The translations under genes were made by a program, and so were the position numbers. The notes below the pieces were generated by a model, which saw only the letters and a list, made by a program, of their open reading frames with translations, did not search any database and had not been told where the DNA came from. This document shows, piece by piece, positions 11,247-22,177 of a stretch of 64,000 bases of DNA; within the stretch, counting starts at the first letter, position 1, and each line of letters opens with the position of its first letter. This stretch comes from Promethearchaeota archaeon (GTDB taxonomy: Archaea; Asgardarchaeota; Lokiarchaeia; Sigyniarchaeales; SOKP01), in assembly GCA_048940925.1 (NCBI GenBank), contig JBHLOC010000024.1, forward strand, positions 1 through 64,000, given 5' to 3'.

Positions 11247-11338
11247 CTTTTCATTATTAAAAATAATCATATGGAATAAGATTAATATTTTGGTTTAATA
11301 AGATTAAGATATAAAAATGAAAATTTGATGATTTTTTC

Positions 11339-12706
11339 TTGATGTATGAAAAATATAAAGATAATATTGAAGGAAATTGGCAAGGAAATCTTAATGTTGG
11401 AAAGATCGAATTACCTATTACATTTATAATAAAGAAAGATGATATAGGAGATTTTACTGCAAAATTATTTAGTCCTAAACAAGGGCAAACAATAGAAGCA
11501 AATGTTATTACTTATAAAAATAAAGAACTTCAAATCGATTTTAATACTATTGGAGGAAAGTTCAAAGGAACATATCTACCCTCTTTTCAAAAAATTGGAG
11601 GTAAGTGGTATCAAAGAGGTCAAAAATTTGATGTCATTTTAGAACAAATAGCTAATGTTAACGAAATAAAACGTTCCCAAGAACTTCATAAACCATATCC
11701 TTACGTAGAAGAACAAGTTGCTTATAATAGTACTGAAGAAAATATTACATTGGCAGGCACTTTAACTTATCCTCGAAACAAATCACGTTTTCCTGCAACT
11801 ATTCTAATTTCGGGTTCTGGTGCTTTAGATCGAGATGAAACTATATTTGGACACCATCCTTTCTTAGTATTGGCAGATAATCTCACTCGTAGAGGTATTG
11901 CTGTTTTGCGAGTAGATGATAGAGGTGTTGGCGGATCTACTGGTAATTATATGAAATCAACAAGTATCGATATTGCCAACGATGTGATTGCAGGAATTAA
12001 TTATTTGAAAAGTCGTAAAGAAATAGACCCAAGAAAGATTGGATTAATTGGGCATAGTGAAGGTGGAGTTATTGCTCCCATCGTTGCAAATTTATCCCCC
12101 GATGTTGCATTTATTGTGCTCATGGCTGGACCTGGTTTACCTTTAGAAGAAATTCTTTATAAGCAAGCAGAATTAATTGGTAGAGGGGAAAATTTAAGCG
12201 AAGATTTAATTACTATGGAACGATCCTTACAGGAGAAATTGTTCTCTATCATAAAAAAAGAGAGCAATAATGTTTTAGCAAAATCAAAGCTAGAAAAAGT
12301 TATATCTAAAGCATTAAATAAGATGAAAGACCAAAATTTGCCAATTTTGTCCCAAGGCTCTATTGAAGCTCAAATTGAATTTATGTTATCTCCATGGTTT
12401 CGGGATTTTCTAAAATATGACCCTAGAATAGCATTAAGTCAAGTAAAGTGCCCTGTCTTAGCACTTAATGGAGAAAAAGACCTCCAGGTGCCTTCAAAAG
12501 AAAATCTATCTGCGATTGAACTAATACTTAAAAGTAATGGTAATACTCATTATGAAGTGAAAGAATTACCAAACTTAAATCATTTATTTCAGACCGCTCA
12601 AACAGGAGCTTTAAGTGAATATGTTAACATCGAGGAGACTATCTCTCCTATTGCATTAAAAGTGATAGGAGATTGGATTTTAGAACAGAGCAGGAATCTA
12701 ACTTAA
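11339..12706 (+). CDS. alpha/beta-hydrolase-fold serine hydrolase with N-terminal beta domain
   Basis: GHSEG nucleophile elbow, DDRGVG, GEKDLQV and NHLFQ. Confidence 0.88.
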   Translation: MMYEKYKDNIEGNWQGNLNVGKIELPITFIIKKDDIGDFTAKLFSPKQGQTIEANVITYKNKELQIDFNTIGGKFKGTYLPSFQKIGGKWYQRGQKFDVILEQIANVNEIKRSQELHKPYPYVEEQVAYNSTEENITLAGTLTYPRNKSRFPATILISGSGALDRDETIFGHHPFLVLADNLTRRGIAVLRVDDRGVGGSTGNYMKSTSIDIANDVIAGINYLKSRKEIDPRKIGLIGHSEGGVIAPIVANLSPDVAFIVLMAGPGLPLEEILYKQAELIGRGENLSEDLITMERSLQEKLFSIIKKESNNVLAKSKLEKVISKALNKMKDQNLPILSQGSIEAQIEFMLSPWFRDFLKYDPRIALSQVKCPVLALNGEKDLQVPSKENLSAIELILKSNGNTHYEVKELPNLNHLFQTAQTGALSEYVNIEETISPIALKVIGDWILEQSRNLT

Positions 12707-13191
12707 TACAATTCATTAATTCCTTTACATTTTGAATATTTGAAGTAAAATAATTGAACTTTTATTTTCTTCTATGTGAGTCTCTTGCGAAAAATGCTTT
12801 TATACTAATTGCAAATACATTTATTAAAATTAATATCTCAAAGTATAAAATGATTAATTTCTTTAAAAAAATTATTTAATATGTATCCCAATTTAAAAAA
12901 TTTAGATGTTAAAGTCTTAACTTTTTATTGAATCTAATTTTAGATCTAATAATTCTTCCCTTTCTTAAATTTAATAGAGCAATTTAATTTAGAATAAAAC
13001 GATAAAAAGTCTTTCTTGATATTCACAAATTTATTTATAAAATTTTCTTATGTTTCTAGAGTTTGAAAATCTAGATAAAATTCTCTTTTAGTTTATGTAA
13101 TATTAATTTGGAAGTTAAATTATATTATATTTTGTAAAGTGTATCCTTATCTAATCTTTTTGATGTACAATAATTAATAAACAATATCGAA

Positions 13192-13662
13192 ATGATGCGA
13201 TCTATTTTGTATAAGAAAATTTTAGTAGGTGTTGATGAATCACAAGATGCAATGGATGCAGTGAAAAAAGCCTTAGAACTTGAAAAAGGAGAAAATAGTG
13301 AAATAGTAGTGTTTCATTCTGTAGTGCACAATTTAGCGGAGGTTAGTCCAAGTTTTTCACTTGTTGGCCCTTCAAATGCTTCAGTATCTCTAATAATTCA
13401 TGAAGATAATGTAAATCAAGGGAAGAAAACTCTAAAGGAAGTAGAAAGATTATTTAAGGATGCCAATCTCGCTGTTGAGACGAGACTAATCTTTGATATT
13501 CCTCCTGAAGATTATATTAAAAATAAAATTGAAGAAGAAAAGTTTGATTTGGTAATATTAGGTTGTAAAGGAAAACATTCAAAACTAAAGCGTGTACTTT
13601 TGGGGACAATACCCACTAAAGTGATTAATAGTGCAGATTGCGATGTATTAATAGTAAGATAA
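13192..13662 (+). CDS. universal stress protein
   Basis: KILVGVD...DLVILG.KG...LLGTIPTKV...CDVLIVR. Confidence 0.93.
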   Translation: MMRSILYKKILVGVDESQDAMDAVKKALELEKGENSEIVVFHSVVHNLAEVSPSFSLVGPSNASVSLIIHEDNVNQGKKTLKEVERLFKDANLAVETRLIFDIPPEDYIKNKIEEEKFDLVILGCKGKHSKLKRVLLGTIPTKVINSADCDVLIVR

Positions 13663-13766
13663 GTTTAATAATTGGAGGATTAGAATAATCAAAAGTATGT
13701 TTTTTTGTATTTTTAATGTTTTACTAAATATGAATTAATAAATCACTAACCGAAGGAGAATTTTAA

Positions 13767-14882
13767 ATGAAAATTGGCAAGATTAAAGGAATTGTAATTT
13801 CATTACATCTTAGCACTTTACTTATAGTAGGATTAATAGGATTTTACGCTGCCGACTTATATGCCACTCTTGTTCCAGGAAGTAGCATTATTATTTTAAT
13901 CGTAGTTGGTCTAATCAATGGTTTAATCATTTTATTTTCAATTTTTCTTCATGAATTGACTCACTCTTTAATTGCTCAAAAATATGGATTAAAAGTTTCA
14001 GAGATAGAAATTTATCTCTTTGGTGGTGTTTCAAAAATAGAACAGGAACCACAAAATCCAAAGAGTGAGTTTATAATTTCTATTTTCGGTCCAATTTCTA
14101 GCTTAATTATAGGTGCTATTTTATTGATTTCTTTATTTTTAACACCATTTATTCCTTCACCTATTCTTAAGGTTACCCTATTCTATTCTGGAATATCAAA
14201 TATTGGATTAGGGATATTTAATTTAATTCCGGCATATCCTATTGATGGTGGAAGAGCATTACGAGCAATATTATGGAAAAAAAGACATGATATGCTTTCT
14301 GCAACAAAAACAGCAACAAGGGTTGGAAGTTTCATCGCATATGGTTTGATGGCTTATGGATTTTTGTCAATGTTTTTTTTTGGAATTCTTAATGGTTTAT
14401 GGTTTGTAATAATTGCTTCCTTTTTAAATAATCAGTCAAAACATGCATATCGTCAGACTTTAAACGAAATTACTTTATCGAAATTAAGTGCAAAAGAATT
14501 AAAAACGATGCCAGAAGTAGCAATTCCATTTAATAAGACCGTAAATGATGCTATTAAAAATTATTTTATTCCATATAAAAAAGTCTATTTTCCAGTTATA
14601 CAAGGAAGAAATGTGGTTGGAATTATACATCTTGAAGATATACAAAAAATTCCCATAACTCAGAGGAACGAAATTATTATTGGGTATTTAATGAAAAAAA
14701 TTTCACAATTTCCAAGAATAAGTCAAAATAACACAGGTAAGGATGCATTAAATAAATTAAGTCAAATGAAAGATAGACCACATTTAGTTGTTGTTGAAGA
14801 TATTAATCATAATGATATTATAGGCTTTATAGGAGAAGAGGATCTTTTAACCTCTTTGAAGTTTTTTCAAAATAATATTTAA
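13767..14882 (+). CDS. site-2 (M50) intramembrane zinc protease with CBS domains
   Basis: HELTH and NLIPAYPIDGGR; C-terminal CBS pair. Confidence 0.92.
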   Translation: MKIGKIKGIVISLHLSTLLIVGLIGFYAADLYATLVPGSSIIILIVVGLINGLIILFSIFLHELTHSLIAQKYGLKVSEIEIYLFGGVSKIEQEPQNPKSEFIISIFGPISSLIIGAILLISLFLTPFIPSPILKVTLFYSGISNIGLGIFNLIPAYPIDGGRALRAILWKKRHDMLSATKTATRVGSFIAYGLMAYGFLSMFFFGILNGLWFVIIASFLNNQSKHAYRQTLNEITLSKLSAKELKTMPEVAIPFNKTVNDAIKNYFIPYKKVYFPVIQGRNVVGIIHLEDIQKIPITQRNEIIIGYLMKKISQFPRISQNNTGKDALNKLSQMKDRPHLVVVEDINHNDIIGFIGEEDLLTSLKFFQNNI

Positions 14883-14898
14883 AATATACAGGTGGAAA

Positions 14899-15318
14899 AT
14901 TATATCACTTCAAATAAATAGAATAGTAAATCAAGGATACACATCAATAGATACTGTTTATCCACTGCAGAATAGAGGGTCAGCTATAACAATACTTATT
15001 ATACTTATAATCTCTCTCCTTATTTGGTTTGGCTGTGGCTTAATTTTAGCATACTGGGTTAAAAAAGATATGGAAAAAAAAAATTTAGAAAGACCGATAT
15101 TACCATTTGTAATTTTTTTTACAAGTATTATTGGATTTATAATTTACATAACAGTTAGATATGGTGAAGTAGAAATTTCTGAAAATGGTGAAAAATTCTC
15201 TAATTTCGACGATTTTATTAAAGAAGAGGAAGAATCAGAATTTAAAGATGAAATTGAAGAAGTCATCGAAGAAGAAATCGAGGACGATATAGAGAATTTT
15301 TTGGACGATTCTAAATGA
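14899..15318 (+). CDS. small membrane protein with PLDc_N-like motif and acidic tail
   Basis: Frame is open upstream of track ATG 15070 and encodes a TM helix plus AYWVKKD; GFIIYITVR follows. AGGTGG precedes ATT/ATA at 14899/14902. Confidence 0.7.
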   Translation: MISLQINRIVNQGYTSIDTVYPLQNRGSAITILIILIISLLIWFGCGLILAYWVKKDMEKKNLERPILPFVIFFTSIIGFIIYITVRYGEVEISENGEKFSNFDDFIKEEEESEFKDEIEEVIEEEIEDDIENFLDDSK

Positions 15319-15539
15319 ATTTAAAAGATGATTATGAAAATTAAAATTTTTGGTTGTAAGATATCCATAATATTTATCATATCGAAAGGTTATGATAATC
15401 TAATTAGAATTTAAAAATAAAATCAAAATTCAATAAAATATATTATATAATTTTAATATAAATATGAGAATTATTAATTTGACTTGTTATATAAGAGTGT
15501 TTCAATATTAATAATTAAAAAATAAGAGTTGAATATCAT

Positions 15540-16160
15540 ATGGAAAAGCTTTTTAACCTTAATTTAAAAGCACAAGAGAATATAATAATTGCTAAAAAAG
15601 AAAAACTAGTTGCATTGGAAATAAAAAAATTAGCAAAAAATCTTTTGAAAAAAGCGAAAAGTAGAGAGGAATTTGTTGAAAAAGAGTTAAATTTAGCGCA
15701 AGTAAGAAAGAAATTGGTGGATAATAATGAAAAATTATTAGAAAATAGGATTAAATCCAAGGAACTATTAAAATTCCCTGAAGAAGTAATTAATAATGAA
15801 AGGGATTTTATAAGGTATCATGAGAAGGTCGCTGAAAACCAATTAGAGATAGCAAAACATCATAAAGAAATAGCAAAGCTTGAAGAAAAGTTAGCTAAAA
15901 GCAAGATTTTACTAGCTAATTCTAAAATAGATGTTTCAAAAACTCGAATTAAATTAGGAAAACTGCAATTAAAATATGTAAAAGAAATTCAAAAAAAATC
16001 CTCCAAAAAAGCTTACTTAATAAAATCACTTTATAAACTAAAACAAGAAGACTTAGAACATCAATTGAAAGAGTTAATAGACAAAGAAAGAAATGTTAAA
16101 ATATTTCAAAACGATATTGCAAATTTAACATCTGAGCTTTCCCAGACATTAACAAAATGA
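15540..16160 (+). CDS. coiled-coil hypothetical protein
   Basis: K/E/L-rich heptads throughout. Confidence 0.7.
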   Translation: MEKLFNLNLKAQENIIIAKKEKLVALEIKKLAKNLLKKAKSREEFVEKELNLAQVRKKLVDNNEKLLENRIKSKELLKFPEEVINNERDFIRYHEKVAENQLEIAKHHKEIAKLEEKLAKSKILLANSKIDVSKTRIKLGKLQLKYVKEIQKKSSKKAYLIKSLYKLKQEDLEHQLKELIDKERNVKIFQNDIANLTSELSQTLTK

Positions 16161-16383
16161 AAAAATATAAAATTTAATCTAAGTAATGATTCTTAAAAAG
16201 ATACTAAATATTAAAGCAAAAAAGTATGAAACATAAGTATTAAGTAATAGTGACTAATTATTTCTTTTTATTAATTAATTATCTGTTCCTATTGGATTAA
16301 TGAGCTATTTTCTTAGGTAATTTTCTAATTCCATTTATAATTCTTAGCCATCACGTATTTATATTCGATTATTTTCCTATCAA

Positions 16384-17298
16384 ATGATAAAAATGTCAAC
16401 ATATAATAAATCAAGTTTAATTGGTGGTGGCGTAATACGAGGAATAGGATATTTCGTCTTTATTTTGGGGATTATAATATTGTTTGGTATCATAATTGCA
16501 TTGAATCTTTTTGGAATCCCACTTGATCTGGCTTTACTTATCGGAATTACTATAATGACTTTTGTAGGATTTATTTTTATGGGATTATATATTATACCTG
16601 AATGGATTAAAATTCCCACATTACTATTAGGAAAGTTTAAAAAAATGCGGGGTCCAGGAGTTATGTGGCTTTTCCCATTTATTTATCGGATACCATTTTC
16701 ACTTGATATGCGAATAATTACAACAACTTTTTCAGCGGAACAAACTTTGACAAAAGATAATGTACCTGTAAATGTTGATGCTGTATTATTTTGGAAAGTT
16801 ATAGACTCGTATAAAGCTTCGCTCCGTGTCCAAGATTATAAAACTGCGATTTCATGGGCAGCTCAGACTTCATTAAGAGATATAATTGGAAAGACGGAGT
16901 TGAGTCAGATGCTTGCAGGAAGAGAAGAGATTTCACATGATCTTGAAAGAATAATTGATGAGCGTACTGAAGAATGGGGGGTTAAGTCTATCTCAGTAGA
17001 AATTCGCGATGTGATAATTCCAACCGCATTACAAGATGCAATGAGTCGACAAGCACAAGCTGAAAGAGAACGTCAGGCGAGGGTTATTCTAGCAGGTTCT
17101 GAGGAACAAATAGCAAATAAATTTCTTAATGCTGCTCATATTTATGAAAGTGATGAGGTTGCTTTAAATTTAAGAGCAATGAACATTCTTTACGAAGGTA
17201 TGAAAGAAAAGGGAGCATGGATTATTGTTCCTTCAGATATGGTAAATATATTAGGGGGTAGATTCAAGCATCTTAAAGATTTCATAACAGATAAATAA
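16384..17298 (+). CDS. SPFH/stomatin-family protein
   Basis: TKDNVPVNVDAV, AQTSLRDIIG and QAQAERERQA. Confidence 0.93.
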   Translation: MIKMSTYNKSSLIGGGVIRGIGYFVFILGIIILFGIIIALNLFGIPLDLALLIGITIMTFVGFIFMGLYIIPEWIKIPTLLLGKFKKMRGPGVMWLFPFIYRIPFSLDMRIITTTFSAEQTLTKDNVPVNVDAVLFWKVIDSYKASLRVQDYKTAISWAAQTSLRDIIGKTELSQMLAGREEISHDLERIIDERTEEWGVKSISVEIRDVIIPTALQDAMSRQAQAERERQARVILAGSEEQIANKFLNAAHIYESDEVALNLRAMNILYEGMKEKGAWIIVPSDMVNILGGRFKHLKDFITDK

Positions 17299-17524
17299 TC
17301 TTCATTAAAATTATAACCCTAAAGATAAAATAAATATAAAAAATCCAATATGTCCTCATGAGTTATTACTTCTTTAGTTTAAAAAATGAAAAATTAATTT
17401 GATTTTAAATTAAAGTAAATGAAACAAATGAACACATCATTAATGATTTGTTAGCCATGTCTTTATAATTATAATTTCAGAATTTACTATTAGAACAAAA
17501 AAATTATCTAAGAAGTGGTTTAAA

Positions 17525-17980
17525 TTGTATAATAAAATTTTAGTTGGAATGGATAAATCGGATGATTCAATGCGCGCAGCAAAAAAAGCAATTGAATTTC
17601 AAAAAAGAGACAATAGTGAAGTGGTGGCTTTTCATTCTGTTCTACACCATTTTTCGGAGCTGAACTTAAGTCCTTTATATCCAACAGGAGCAAATGGTCT
17701 TATGGCATTAACTATACATGATGACTATATCAAGAGGGGTGAAGATATTTTAGAGGAAGTGGATACATTATTTAAAGAATCTAATGCAAAGGTAGAAACT
17801 CGGTTAATTTTTGATATTCCCCCAGAAGATTACATAGAAAAAACAGTTGAAGAGGAAGATTTTGATTTAGTAATTTTAGGATATAAGGGACATCATTCAA
17901 AACTAAACAGAATATTACTTGGAACTGTACCAGATAAAGTTATTAATAAAGTAGCTAGTGATGTTTTGGTTGTGCGATAG
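17525..17980 (+). CDS. universal stress protein (close paralogue of 13192..13662)
   Basis: USP motifs; shares VETRLIFDIPPEDYI with the first copy. Confidence 0.93.
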   Translation: MYNKILVGMDKSDDSMRAAKKAIEFQKRDNSEVVAFHSVLHHFSELNLSPLYPTGANGLMALTIHDDYIKRGEDILEEVDTLFKESNAKVETRLIFDIPPEDYIEKTVEEEDFDLVILGYKGHHSKLNRILLGTVPDKVINKVASDVLVVR

Positions 17981-18043
17981 AAATTTTTTAAATTTTACTT
18001 AAAATATAAATTTTTTCATTTTATCTTAGCGTATTTTTGATAT

Positions 18044-19123
18044 ATGAAATTAAAAATTAAGAAGGATATTATTATAATGAAAAAACACAATGTTGGGGAA
18101 CCACCAGGAGCCTTAGTATATACGGGGAAGAGAGATTATTTACAAACCAAGATTAAAATAATAGACTACAATAAGGAGGACTATAATCTATTAGAATTAG
18201 AAAGCATCGATCAAAACTTATCAAGTTTTGATAAATCAAGAATTAGATGGATTAATATAATAGGGTTGCCTCATATTGAAATAATTGAGGAAATAGGAAA
18301 TCAATTCAATCTACACGCTTTAGTTTTGGAAGATATCCTAAATACTAATCAAAGACCTAAAATAGAGAATTATGGAGAATATCTTTTCATAGTATTGAAA
18401 AATGTAGTTTATTTTGAAGAAATGAAAAGGTTTGAAATTGAGCAGGTTTGTTTAATCTTAGGAAAGAATTATGTAATATCTGTTCAAGAACATGAAGATG
18501 ATGTTTTTAACCCCATCATAGATAGGATTAAATATTTAAAAGGAAATATTCGAGATATGGGTCATGATTATCTTCTATATTCCTTAATTGACCTCATAAT
18601 TGATAATTACTTTATTATATTGGAAATTGTTGCTGAAAAAATAGAAAATATAGAAGATAGCTTAGTAGAAAATCCAGAACCAGAGATATTGAAACTTATA
18701 TATTCACTGAAAAGGACAATGTTAAATATACGCAATTCAATCTGGCCCACAAAAGAACTTATTACTAAATTGCAAAGAGAAAAATATCTATTAATAAGCG
18801 ACAATTTGGATTTATATCTCAGAGATCTCAATGATCATGTTTTTATAATAAATGATTTACTTGAAACTCAACGCGACGTCATTTTTGGCATGTTAGATAT
18901 GTATTTATCAAGCATGAATAATAAAATGAATGATATCATGAAAATTCTAACAATTATTGCAACAATATTTATACCTTTATCATTCTTGGTAAGCTTTTAT
19001 GGTATGAATTTTAAATATATACCTGAATTATCATATCCCTTTGCTTATCCTATATTAATTTCTATCATTATAACTATTGCAATAATTATGATACTATTTT
19101 TCAAGAAGAAAGGGTGGTTATAA
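18044..19123 (+). CDS. corA: CorA Mg2+/Co2+ transporter
   Basis: GEPPG, QRPKIE, YGMNF and KKKGWL. Confidence 0.95.
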   Translation: MKLKIKKDIIIMKKHNVGEPPGALVYTGKRDYLQTKIKIIDYNKEDYNLLELESIDQNLSSFDKSRIRWINIIGLPHIEIIEEIGNQFNLHALVLEDILNTNQRPKIENYGEYLFIVLKNVVYFEEMKRFEIEQVCLILGKNYVISVQEHEDDVFNPIIDRIKYLKGNIRDMGHDYLLYSLIDLIIDNYFIILEIVAEKIENIEDSLVENPEPEILKLIYSLKRTMLNIRNSIWPTKELITKLQREKYLLISDNLDLYLRDLNDHVFIINDLLETQRDVIFGMLDMYLSSMNNKMNDIMKILTIIATIFIPLSFLVSFYGMNFKYIPELSYPFAYPILISIIITIAIIMILFFKKKGWL

Positions 19124-19334
19124 TATATTAATCCTTTACATTAGAAGAATATAGGGGAACTCTCCGATAAAAGTTAAAAATCTACTAATAAAGCTTCCTT
19201 ACTTTTTAGTTTAAATTTTATGGTTTTTACTTGCTTAATATTTGATTTTCGCAAAAAAGTTTTTCTTAAAATTTATAGACAATAAATTTTAATACGTAAT
19301 TATGAGAATAGATATTAAACTTCAAAAACGGTGA

Positions 19335-19823
19335 TTGATAATTTTCAAAAAAATTTTACTTGGTATAGATGGATCAGAGCATTCATATAAAGCTATAATG
19401 AAAGTAATTGAACTCCTTGAATTACATAAAAGTGAAATAATTGTCTTCCATTCAGTAGAACACTACTCAATACCAGGTAGTAGTGCATTTATGGGCCCAT
19501 CGTTCACAATTGGTACTAGTCGTGTATATAGTATTTCAGATCCAGATTTAGAAAGAATAAAAATGGTATATGAGAAGAATGCTCAAGCTATTATAGATAG
19601 AGCTGCTGAGATTTTCATGGAGGCAGGAATTAAAGTTGAACCTCGTTTAGTTTATAGAGAACATCCTATGTCTTACATTAAAAAGACAGTAGAGGAAGAA
19701 AATATTGATCTTGTTGTAATTGGGAGTAAAGGAGTCCATTCACTTCTTGAAGAAGTTTTGTTAGGGTCTGTAGCAGAGAAAGTCCTAAGACATGTTCCCT
19801 GTGATATTCTAGTGGTCAGATAA
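19335..19823 (+). CDS. universal stress protein
   Basis: KILLGIDGS...GSKG...LLGSVAEKV...PCDILVVR. Confidence 0.93.
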   Translation: MIIFKKILLGIDGSEHSYKAIMKVIELLELHKSEIIVFHSVEHYSIPGSSAFMGPSFTIGTSRVYSISDPDLERIKMVYEKNAQAIIDRAAEIFMEAGIKVEPRLVYREHPMSYIKKTVEEENIDLVVIGSKGVHSLLEEVLLGSVAEKVLRHVPCDILVVR

Positions 19824-20314
19824 AAATATATAATTTTATTTTTTCCTTTTTTTTCTAAATATCATGGAATATGATTTTTTTAGAATTTTTTTTATTCCTT
19901 TACATTCGTGGCAATTGATAGCTTCATGGTCATAACCAATATTGTTTAAATTACTTTAACTAAATATTTTAGTCACTTTAAAAATTGTAATAAACTACAA
20001 AATCATTGTGAAATTTCTAAATTAGATTTATATAATTCCATTTTTGTAGTAATAAACTTCTTAGTTATTTTTAGTATATTGATAATAAATCAAATTAAGC
20101 CTACGATATTGTTTTAAAAACAAATTACAAAATTCTATTTGCAAATTGCTAAATTTTAATATTTGGTTTCTAGAAACTATATTATAATCTATAAGCCCAA
20201 AAAATTATAAATTTCTATTTATTTAGCAATAAATAATTCACCCATCAGGAAGAATGATAGTAAATCCTCTCGTAAATACTCCTTTTATATAGTAGTATTT
20301 TTTCAATTTAGATT

Positions 20315-22111
20315 TTATTTACTTTTCCCTTTTTTATGGATTTTTGTTTTTTCCCTTTCTTTATCAATTTTGATAGGTTTTGAATAGTCAATCGGTCTAT
20401 TGCATACCCAACATGCATTTTCTAAATTAGTTAATGCCCGAGCACAGTTTTCGCAATAAATTGCTCCACATTCACATATATATGAATATTTTAATACTTC
20501 ACCCCTACATACTAGGCAAATTTTCTTCTCTTTATGAATTACTACTTTTTCTTCTTTAATATTGGCAGTTAATATAGTACGTCTTCGAATAATGCTTTCA
20601 AATTCTGGATCTAAACGAATTAATTTTAGACGATCTGAAAGAGGAGCTTCAATTTCTTTTAAGTGTTCCCATAAATCTACTTTTTCTATAAATTCCTTGT
20701 TTTCATCGCTAATTTTCTGTATTAACTGTTTAAGTTCATATCTTTTAGCTATTTGTGTTGATTGGGTGAATAATCGCCTCGCAGTATTTATATCTAGTTC
20801 TAATAAAGCAAATTTAGCTTGTAGCAAATAACTTTCACATAAGGTCCTATATGAATTTGATTTTTCAGCAATCTCCCGTAATCGTGTAATCAATGGTTTA
20901 ATCTCTTGTACTATTTCTATTTCATTTGTAATCCTTAATTCAGTGAAAAGTAAGTCACATAGATGAGTTAGAGTATACACTTCAAATAAATATGACAAAT
21001 TCTCTTCCTTTAGTATTTGTCTAAGTTTTTCTTGTGCTCGTATTTTATCTCTGAATTTAGAACTCGCTTCTAATAATAATGCATTATATAAAAGAACCAC
21101 CAAATTTATCCATTTATCGTTTGTTTGTTTACTGATATATTCTATGTGTCGAAAATATTCTTGCGCTTGCTTACGATCACTTTTTGCTAGAAACAAGTCA
21201 ATTGCAGTTGCGTATAGAGCGACCAAATCTCTTTGATTCTCTATTTCCTCACATTTGGTTATAGCTTGTTCCAGATAATCTAAAGCTAAATCGAATTCAC
21301 ACTTTTCTCGATATAGATCTGTTATATCCATAAGAAGGTACATAACTAAATTGATATTGTTAATTTCTTTAGCACGTTCTAATCCATCCTTATAATATCC
21401 AATTGCACGATCTAATTCACCTTTAGAACTATATAAATTACCTAAAACATTTAAAATCATAATAATTGCCCATTTATTCCCACTTTCATATGCGAAAGTT
21501 AAACCTTGCTCTAAATATTCAAGAGCACGATTAAATTCCCCTGTATGCCCATAGAGAACGCTACCAACACCATAGAAACCCATAGCAATTTCTACCTTAC
21601 TGCTATATATTTTTCGCAACGAAAGACTTTCTTCTAGATATTTTAATCCTAGATCTCTATTTTCCAATGACCAAAAATAGTAATATCCCTTATTTTGAGC
21701 AATTAATGCTTTAAGCATATTATAATGTGGTGAATTTTTTTTTTGGAATGTTTTCAGATGAATTTCTGCTTGGTGTACCAAATTAAATCCTTCATTAAAT
21801 TTTCTTAAAATAAGTAAAGAAAGCGACATTAAACTTAATGCTTCAACTGTTCTTAAATCTTTGTCTAACCCTAAACTCTTCTTATAAGCTAATTCAGCTA
21901 CTTTATAACAATCATTATATTTCCCTTGCCATATAAAAATTCGACATTGAAGGAGATGGCATGAAACTTTGTAAAAAAGAGGAGTATTTTCATTTTTACT
22001 TAATTCTGTGAGTACCTGATATGCTTCAGTAAACCGACTTTCATTGATAAGTTGCTCAGCATATTCTAAATCTTTTGGTTTATCATTTATTGTTAATTCT
22101 GAGTCATCCAA
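20315..22111 (-). CDS. TPR-repeat protein with C-terminal Cys-rich zinc finger
   Basis: Multiple TPRs (e.g. LGNLYSSKGELDRAIGYY); CLVC...CECG...CENC...CWVC. Confidence 0.85.
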   Translation of the reverse strand: MDDSELTINDKPKDLEYAEQLINESRFTEAYQVLTELSKNENTPLFYKVSCHLLQCRIFIWQGKYNDCYKVAELAYKKSLGLDKDLRTVEALSLMSLSLLILRKFNEGFNLVHQAEIHLKTFQKKNSPHYNMLKALIAQNKGYYYFWSLENRDLGLKYLEESLSLRKIYSSKVEIAMGFYGVGSVLYGHTGEFNRALEYLEQGLTFAYESGNKWAIIMILNVLGNLYSSKGELDRAIGYYKDGLERAKEINNINLVMYLLMDITDLYREKCEFDLALDYLEQAITKCEEIENQRDLVALYATAIDLFLAKSDRKQAQEYFRHIEYISKQTNDKWINLVVLLYNALLLEASSKFRDKIRAQEKLRQILKEENLSYLFEVYTLTHLCDLLFTELRITNEIEIVQEIKPLITRLREIAEKSNSYRTLCESYLLQAKFALLELDINTARRLFTQSTQIAKRYELKQLIQKISDENKEFIEKVDLWEHLKEIEAPLSDRLKLIRLDPEFESIIRRRTILTANIKEEKVVIHKEKKICLVCRGEVLKYSYICECGAIYCENCARALTNLENACWVCNRPIDYSKPIKIDKEREKTKIHKKGKSK

Positions 22112-22177
22112 AATAATTTCTCCTCAAAATTTTCCATAAATTGAAGTATATGTTCATTAATTTTTAGAATAGATTAA

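Noticed and set aside
3220-19280. AAAATTTTATA-like motif upstream of several stress genes (near 3240, 5490, 13040, 19270)
   Set aside because: Too AT-rich to distinguish from background by eye.
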